64,000 nucleotides of DNA from Camelus ferus (taxonomy: Eukaryota), in contig NC_045697.1 in NCBI RefSeq assembly GCF_009834535.1, positions 73,348,001-73,412,000 on the forward strand, read 5' to 3'. The position numbers and the translations under genes are program-made. The notes beneath the pieces were generated by a model. That model saw nothing but the letters and a program-made list of their open reading frames with translations, did no database searches and was not told the origin of the DNA. Shown piece after piece: positions 55,501 to 64,000 of this stretch (position 1 is the stretch's first letter; each line of letters starts with the position of its first letter).

Positions 55501-57023
55501 TAGCTCAAAATACAAATTTTAGCTTTTTAAATGTAGAGTTTAATTTATTCACATTTATTGTCACAACTAATAACGTTTCTTTTTTTTTTTTTCAGTTAAG
55601 GTAAGAGGGTGGTTTTTCCAAGCACTTACATATTAGAGAAAGTATAATTCTTGTACTCCTCACAAATTGTTAACTATTTCGTTTACCATGGAATTCTTAT
55701 GTCATATTTTTGCCTTATAAAAATTTGATATTTCAGATTATGTTCTGCAAATTAGTATTGTGAAGCAGAAATATCCAGCCACCATGTTTTCAGTTTTTTC
55801 AGGTGTCTTTTATTTTTCCTGTCTGATTTTTTATAAGACATTTTCTTCATCCATAAGCTTAACAGTTTTTATTAGGCTATGCCTAGGATCATTGTTCCAG
55901 AGGAACCTTATTAAAGTAAATTAATATTTATTAGAGTAACTTCATCAAGGGCCAGCAGTGAAGAGAATCAGACATTGGCATCTTTTTTCTTAAGTCATAA
56001 AACAAGACTTATCAACATGTTCACAGTGCAGAACTGGCTGACTATCAAATAATAGTATTAAATGTGTGATGCTGATAAACATTCAGGCTCATGTAGTGAT
56101 ATAAACTTATAAAGACCTTGACAAGTATTAAAGTGCATAGATCATTCAATTCTGCCTCAAAAATTATTTGCTCATTTTTATGTTTCCTAGTTACATTTGT
56201 ATATAACTTAACCATTTATAAGACCACTCAGGCATGTCATTTAGTTTGATCCTCAACATGGCTATCAGAGGAAAGTTTGGCTATTGTTTCTCTATTTTAT
56301 AAATCCGAGAAAAGGTGCTCAGAGCAATTCAGTAACTTTCCCCAGTTTATCCAACTAGCAGTTAGCATAAAATTTATAGACAGTCTTCTGATTCCAAATA
56401 TTGTTTGCTAAACCTACTGTGTTGATCTTTTTTTACAAAATTTATGTAATTATGAGACCAAGAGACAGAGGAATAGCCTTTGTGGACTGGAGTGAAGACT
56501 GTAAAGACTGGTGTCAGTCATGATACATGTTGAAAAGTTTCATTCATTCCAATCCTAGAATTCTACCATCCTGGATTGACTAAATAGGTCCCTAAGAAAT
56601 TTTTAAAATTTCTTCAGAAAGCCCATTTAAAATATAAAATTACCAGGAAAAATTAAGCCATACTTTTCCTTAAGGAAAAACCTGAGTATATATTAATATG
56701 TTTGGAGAGAAAGACTAACAACAAATGTGAGAAATGAATGATGACCAAGGAAAAAGGGGGAGAGATGCTCATCAAAAGGGAACAAGCTAACATACTTTAT
56801 CTTTTTCGCTCTATAACTAGGTATCACCTCTGCTTGAAAGTACTGTAATAATCTAAACACCCTATAACTCACATCTTTTGAATCATCAATTGATGTGGAG
56901 TGGACCCTTCATTATTTAAATACAATATATTTCAAATTTGATAGGCTTTATAATATAAACTCCTAAAATATACATTTCATCAGATTCTTGCATTAAATCT
57001 TTTGTAGCATTGCTAAAAATTAG

Positions 57024-57026
<3 letters not shown>

Positions 57027-57063
<37 letters not shown>
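57027..57063. repeat. (TA)n microsatellite
   Basis: Direct observation. Confidence 0.95.
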
Positions 57064-57067
<4 letters not shown>

Positions 57068-60000
57068 TATGTACTTTTTAGAATTGCAAATTATTTTTAA
57101 AAATAGGAGACATTATATCATAACAAGTATGTGAGTTTTGTACCATATGAAAATTGATGCACTTGCCATTTGATTACTGTATGGTACACACTATGATTCC
57201 ATAGTCTCGTAGAAAAGGATTTCCTTACTTTCAGGGTACTTTACCTGCATTTTTTCCTACTAATGATCATTGTGGAGGACTTTAAAGGACCTCCACTTTC
57301 TAGGAAACAAGCTAGCTTGCCATAGTTTCATAAATGCTGTCCCAGACTCATGAGATTCCTGAGTCACAAATAAAAAACTTTGTTATTTATGGTGCTAGCA
57401 ACAGCCAGAGTATCAGCATTTCTTGTGCTGATTCCTCAAGCTTCATTTTCTACAGAGCAACGCACCCAAGAGGTTGCATTACAGAACTCTGCCTTGGAGC
57501 TCCTGTATCCTTTTTGTATAAATGTGCAGATGCCATGTCTGCCCTCTACTCTGGACAAAGATACTATCTCTATCTCCCAAGGATGTTTGCTAAAACAAAA
57601 ATATTTGAAAGGTAGTCAAGAACAAAGGGAAGTGAGTTTCTCACTCCGAAGATGTAAAGAAATACAACACACCACGGAGAATGTTTTCCCATCATTTGCT
57701 ATATATTTAGTACTTTGTGATGATTTCTGACCATATAAAAAGAATACTGAACTACATAGTCACATTAACCTTATTGGGATATATGATCTTTCCTTTCTTT
57801 TACAGCTTCAATATTTCATGTCTAGTGATAATGCCTGTGTATGTTTCAAGATTGTGAACCTGTTCTTCAACTTCTCAAATACACAAAATATATAGGTATA
57901 TAAAGCCTTTATCAGTTTTTGGCATTTTTTAGAGCTAGCTTGTGGCTATGTTTTTATCTTCCCACTGACACATTAAAAAAAAAATAGTTCAATGTTTTTA
58001 AAGAATATATTTCCAAGTAAATTTGTCAATCATAAAACTCAATCAAAATGCCAAAAAAAAATTAGGATAAGGAAACAGCACTTGGAAGAATTAGTACTAT
58101 ATTCATGAAATATCTGTATATTGAAAAATTTTACAGAAATGTACACAAAATTATTTTATGCTACTTATGAAAACCATAGGGAATATTGTTTGTTAAGCAA
58201 AATTAAAATTTATAAGTTTGCTACTGACAAACACACACACACATAACAGATACTATTATTTAACGTGCTTACATCTCCAGAAAAGAAAAATCCCACCAGT
58301 ATTCTAACTATAAAACATATGTGGCCCATCAATATAATATATATAGAATATATTATATAGAATATACATAGTATTATATAGTGTATATATATGTTTTATA
58401 TATAATATTTCAATATGGACAACTTATTTTTAGTGCCTTAGATTCTCGTACTTTGATAATACATATGATTATGTAGCATATGTTTAATTAAAAATTCCAG
58501 CCTTTCATTCTGGCTTTAAGAAGTCCTTAAATATATTCACGCTCTTTTCAAATGAAAACAATTGAGAGTGGGTTGGGGAAAGCTAAAGCCGAAGGAAGCT
58601 AGACAATACTTCTCCAAAAGTAAATCCATCTATCCACAATTCAAGAATGATTCAAACGTTCATTATCGCTCAGATAGCTGCCAAGCAAGTGAAATTCTTC
58701 TAATTGCGAGGACCCTAAATGTAGCTTATTGCCTTCCTCTCCCATCTCCTGACGTCTCTGGGTCATTTCATTCGCACCTCTCTTTCAAGCCATCTGGGAT
58801 CCCGGCTACAGCCGAGTTTTCATGCCGAGCACCTGGCCCGACAGTGTTTGCGGCTGTCTTCCACCTGCCAGCCCTTTGTTCCTCCCCAGGATCGCAGGAG
58901 CCCGGCAAGTCCCGGCAAGTACGCTCGCACAGCAGCTTCCCTGCGTTCAGTCTCTTCCTCCAGTCCTTAAGTCTGGTAAATCCTTTCATTATTTTGCCTT
59001 ACCCGTAGAGCTGTTCCATCTACTTTGTGATCTTTGGAAGCTAAAAATCCATGTGAGAATTAAATCTAGATAAACGTGATACCTCTAGAACACCAGAGTG
59101 CAAAAGAAGAGAAGCCTAAGTGAAGAAAATCACCTAAAAACTCCCTGCTCTTGCTGTAGAATAGTTACACATCGTCTGGGTTTGCATTCAAATTTTAAAA
59201 ATTCAGAAGCTATGGGATTTGAAAATACGTGTAATCAGTACTTAGGGAAATATCACATAGCTCTTCCGCAAAGCAGATAAGCCCTACTTACTACCGAAGA
59301 CTCGATTTTTTATTCTTTGTCTGGTACCTCCCAGGATTTGCATCCCACCTCTTGAGCTCCACCCACACACAAAGCTCCTTTTACACTTCCAAAAATAATT
59401 TCTGATCTGACACTCCCAGTGATATTGAGCCTATACCTCAACTTCCATCTGTTTCCCACTCTCAATTTCTATAGACTATACCACTAAGAATATGGTACTT
59501 GGCTTAGCAGTCATTCTTCTTAATTATTCCGAAGCCTTTCCAAACTTTAGCCTTTTCCAAGTTTCTCCTTTCAGTCAATACAGACAACTTTCCCAGTTTA
59601 ACTCAGACACAATTATACTTCTCAGAGGCTTCTGTGAAAATGCTATCATTCACTTCAGTGCTCAATAAAACCAATCTGATTTAAAATTTCAGAACTTGAA
59701 CAAGTGAGAGCAAAGAAGGCCTGTGGACTCATTTGGTACAGGATGAACTCCAAGGTGGATAAAAATTCATGGCCTTCTTCAAATGTGTGATGAGTAAAGA
59801 CATTAAAAAAAAAAAAAAAACCCAGAAAAAACATTTGCCATTCTAAGCATAGAGGGGAAAAAAAAGAAAAAGAAAAACAATAAAAAAGTTCTATAAACTT
59901 TACTGATTAAAAAACAAAGAATTATGCCAGAATGTCACAGAGTAAGCCAGAATGTCACAGAATCTTAGGGCAGCATTTTAGTCGAATTAGAATGTTTCCG

Positions 60001-62814
60001 TAGAAAACTGTGGAGAAGCCAACTTTGGGAATGAGGTAAGCAGACTAAATTTAAATTGTGTAGAAATCATGAAGTTAAGGCTCCTATTATAGAGGGGCTT
60101 AAAGCCGATTAGGCAAGGCTTACTTTTTGATGACTTATACTTGATAAACCAGTTTTAGAGAGATTTTTTCAGTTTGTACGGGAGTCAAGAAAGCACTGAC
60201 TCAGGTGACTGTGGAGAAATGTTAAACACGAGCTTCCCTATTTCTTGCTCTGCAGACCTGCTCTCAGGTTCCTGCCTATTGTCCTTCCTGTCCTGTGACC
60301 CGCTGCCTGCCAGAAATATAACGAACTTTTGTAATTTGGCAAAAGCTCAGAATTAATTGATTATTGATATAGCTCTGAGACTCATAATATTTTCAAAAAA
60401 TCAAGAGAGAGAGAGAAGAGGGATATTCTAATCTGAGACATCAGGAAGAGACAGGAACATTTCCAGATGTAATCTCTGTGTGTACAATGGCCTTGGTTGC
60501 CTAAAACAGGATGGCGATTGGAGGTGAAGATGACTTATAATTCACTGGAAAATATACTGAGGATGGAGTGAGAAACAAAATTTGCAGCCACTTGTTTGTC
60601 TGATATAGAAAATCAACTGAGTTAACTTGAATTTTAAACTAAGAAAATAAATGAGCCCTCTAAAGGGAACTCTACTTTAATAAGACAAGGCCATACATGG
60701 AAAGTGGAAGCAGAATGATTCTTGGTTTAAAGGATATAGATTGGGGGGGGGGGGACCAAGTAGCACAGAACACCAAGGAGCTCTCTAACTGTGGGGAAGT
60801 CCATGAGGATAGAGTAGGAGGATTCAAATGAAAGCCAAAGGACACATAAATAAAGGATACTATGGGTGACCCAAATGGATCTAGAAAATTTCACAGAGCA
60901 GAAATATGGTTGAACAAGATATATAAAGATGTTTTAACTAGTGATGGGGAATCTCTTGGTAGAGAACTTCAAGGACATGTCTCAGGAATCCTTCCATCTC
61001 TGTTCAGATGGACATTTCTGTCAATAATTTAGATGAGGCCCTGGATGAAAAGTTGATATATCTGCAAGTAGCATAAAGTGGACAAAGTTCCCAATAACTG
61101 GTTTATCAACTTTCCATTTCTTCAACTGCTCCCTCATTTTTTTCTCTCTTACTGATTTTGACCTCCTTATATTTACTCTTCCTTTTCCTTCCCATACAAA
61201 CCTTCCTAACTTACTTTTACAGCCATGATTATTTCCTCAACAATATTCACATCTCAGGCCTCTGACAGTTGGCTGCCACCCCTCCCATCCCACCAGAACT
61301 ATCCCTGGGAATGTCCCTACAGTGGTGTCCTAGTTGCCAAATCCTACGGACTTGTCTCAGACGCCATCTTATCAAGTCTCTCTGGTACTTACCTCCTTTG
61401 ATAAGTTCATCCTTATTGCAGTCTCAGTCACCTCCTTTGGGTCTTCCTCCTCTGATCCCTTTAAAACACTGGAACTCCTTGTAGTTCCATTGTCTTCTCA
61501 CTTTCTGCTGCCTCTTAGGGCAATATCACATATTTCATGATTTATACAAATATCAAGTATCTACAACAGTCATCCAACTCTGAATCCCATCCCCTCCTGA
61601 ATGTTCTAGAGGAAACTAGAATTTAACAAAACAGATTTGACAAAATAATTCTCTTCTCCTCCAGAAGACGTGGGCTTAGAAAACAGAACCAGAAAACACA
61701 CAGGCACCCATACTAGGTTATAGACTCCTTCTAAACCTCATGCCTACTCCCAGCAATGGATTGGGCTGTAGGTGACTTTGGCTTAACCAGCCATAGTGTA
61801 TATGGCAGCAAGGAAGGCAATTTGATCATAGGTTACTTGAATTCTTATAAATTATCATTAAAATATCATTTCAAAGAAACTAAAAACACACATTTTAAAT
61901 TCTTGGTGTTCATTTTCTTATTAAATTACTTCCCTTATATTGCATTATTCTTATTTTCATTATCTCCTGAAATTCACAAGTTTAACTGTCCTCATTGCAT
62001 CATTCTTATCCCAAGGATAGAAAGTTGTGTTCTATAAAGAACACCTTACTACACTAGGAAATTGACTATTTCTATATAAAAAATTAGATGTTTAGTCTTT
62101 CAAGAAATGCAGTATACCTTAATTTAAAAACAGATGCTATTAAAAATTATACATTTAATTCCTCTTTTTGACATTTGGAAGATAGAAGGATTCATGTATT
62201 ATTATTTTGGGGGGAGGGACCATAAATGTTCATCTACAACTAAACAAAACTTCGTTTTCCCTCGTCTACACAACCTTTATAAAGTAGGGCAGAGAAGAAG
62301 CTGGTTTGCCAGATTCTAAACACAGGAAAACCATTGCACCTAAATTTAGAATTTTTAAAAATCTCTTTCCACATTCCAATTTGGCTTTGAGAAAAACTGA
62401 ATTCTTGAGCTGCACTTTAAAAGTTATTCTTTTTTTTTTTTTTCCTCTTTCTAGGCTTGGGAGCATGGTAACACTGTTTGTTTATATAGCACTTTATGTC
62501 ATTATATGTGTTAAGTCTGATCCTACAGAGGAAGTAGGCTGTTATAAAGTCAGCCAAGGTATATTCATTGGATTTGATGCAAGGAGTAGAATGGTAGAAT
62601 GAGAAGAAGAAAATTATTTTATCCCATTAAGGAATAACATAGAGGAAATAGTCCCTCTTGCATGTTTTCTTGGCCTATCAGCTTGGAAGTGTTTAAGTAT
62701 GAGAAGACTGGGAATAACTTGTTGACCACAATAAATATTTCCAACATTCAAACCCTAGTTTTTCCCACTCAAAAATATGCATGAGCTCAGTTACCTGAAA
62801 GGTCTTTCTCCTCT

Positions 62815-64000
62815 TGTACCAGTTAGCTATTGCTGTGTAACAATCCTTCCCACCCTGCCCACATCCCCCCACCATCCCCAACCAAAAAAAAAAAAAAAAA
62901 AAAAGAAAGAAAGAAAAAAGAAAAAGCTCTCAGAAGCTTAAAATTAGGCATATATTGTTTCTCATGCATCTATATAAATCAGCTGGGTGGTTTTTCTGGT
63001 CCTAGCTAGGCTCACTCATGCACCTGTGGTTAACTATAGGTCAAGTAAGTAGTTCTGGTGAGCGAGGCTGGGCAAATTGACCACGTGATCAATTGAACAC
63101 CTGATCAATTTGCTGTAAGCTAGTCTTGGTCACTGATCTTGCATCAGGCCAGCCCAAACTTAAGGCAGAGGCAGAGTCCCATGAGCAGAAGTGCACAAGG
63201 CCCTGTGTGGCCTAGGCTCAGAACAGGCACACCTCCACTTCCGCCTCATTCCTGGCCCAGATTTAAAAGATGCAAGTGAGACTGCACTTACTGATGGAGA
63301 AGCTGCAAAGCCATTTGTTTCAGGTTCTCCAAAACAAAGCAGCTTAAAACAGTCATATTATGTTTCTCACAGATTCTGTGAGTCAGGAACTTGGACAGAA
63401 TCAGTGGCTCATCTCTACCCCACTGTGTCAGGGAAGACTTTGAAGCCTAGGAGTGACTTGGCATCTGGGTGCCAGAATTATCTGAAGGCTCCTTAACTCA
63501 CATGTCAGGGACCTGGGCTGAGGTCCCTGGGAGTACTGGATGGGGAGCCCATGTGTAGCCTCCCCCTTGTGGTCAAGCTTTCTCACAATACAGCAGCCAA
63601 AAGGTCAGACTCATTACATGGTAGTTCAGGCCGCCAGGCCAGGGCTCCACAGCAGAAGCTGCATCGCCTTCTATGACACAGTCTTGGAAGTCATACAGCA
63701 AAAATTGCACCATACTTTATTGGTCTAGGTGATCACAAGCCTGCCTGGACTCAAGGGGAGAGGAATCAGCTTCCACCTCTGGATAGCAAAGTGCCAGAAC
63801 CACACTGTCGGGACAGGACGTATTGTTGCAGTCATCTTAGAAACATACAATCTGCTCTAATCCGTGCTCTAGCCACAGCAGTTCACACGACCCCACATGC
63901 AAAATACACTCATCTCGTTCCTCAAAACCCCCATTATGGTAGTCCAGTAGCTTGTTATCTACACTGGGTCCAGCTGTGGATGAGGCTGATTTGGTACAGT
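62815..64000 (-). mobile_element. Cluster of MaLR (MLT1-type) LTRs
   Basis: tgtaccagttagctattgctgtgtaaca start; second unit gcttaaaacag...tttctcacagattctgtgagtcaggaa...cttccacctctggat. Confidence 0.75.

Noticed and set aside
1..64000. CRISPR arrays, operons or other prokaryote-type systems; remaining short ORFs
   Set aside because: The sequence is mammalian intron/intergenic DNA; no repeat-spacer arrays were seen and the 60-150 aa ORFs lack recognisable homology.

Overview
Mammalian genomic DNA, probably camelid (three copies of a tRNA-derived Vic-1-like SINE). The window holds the 5' part of CXXC4 (IDAX) on the minus strand: a CpG-rich promoter (~20150-20880), a non-coding exon 1 (donor at 19885) and the large exon 2 (17467-16131; CDS 17210-16131, 360 codons, with poly-Ala/poly-Gly tracts and the CXXC zinc finger). 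Intron 2 runs off the left edge, and the terminal coding exon is not in the window. The ~43 kb to the right contains no gene I could recognise: SINE, LINE, LTR and DNA-transposon remnants, an ERVL pol relic nested in an L2, an ERV1-type solo LTR and an RPL17 processed pseudogene. I found no convincing new multi-gene system. The best leads are regulatory: uORFs and two in-frame starts around GGC repeats, a composite TCF/DR1 site in intron 1, non-B-DNA tracts around the promoter and candidate enhancers. Repeat family names come from remembered consensus sequences, not from a search.
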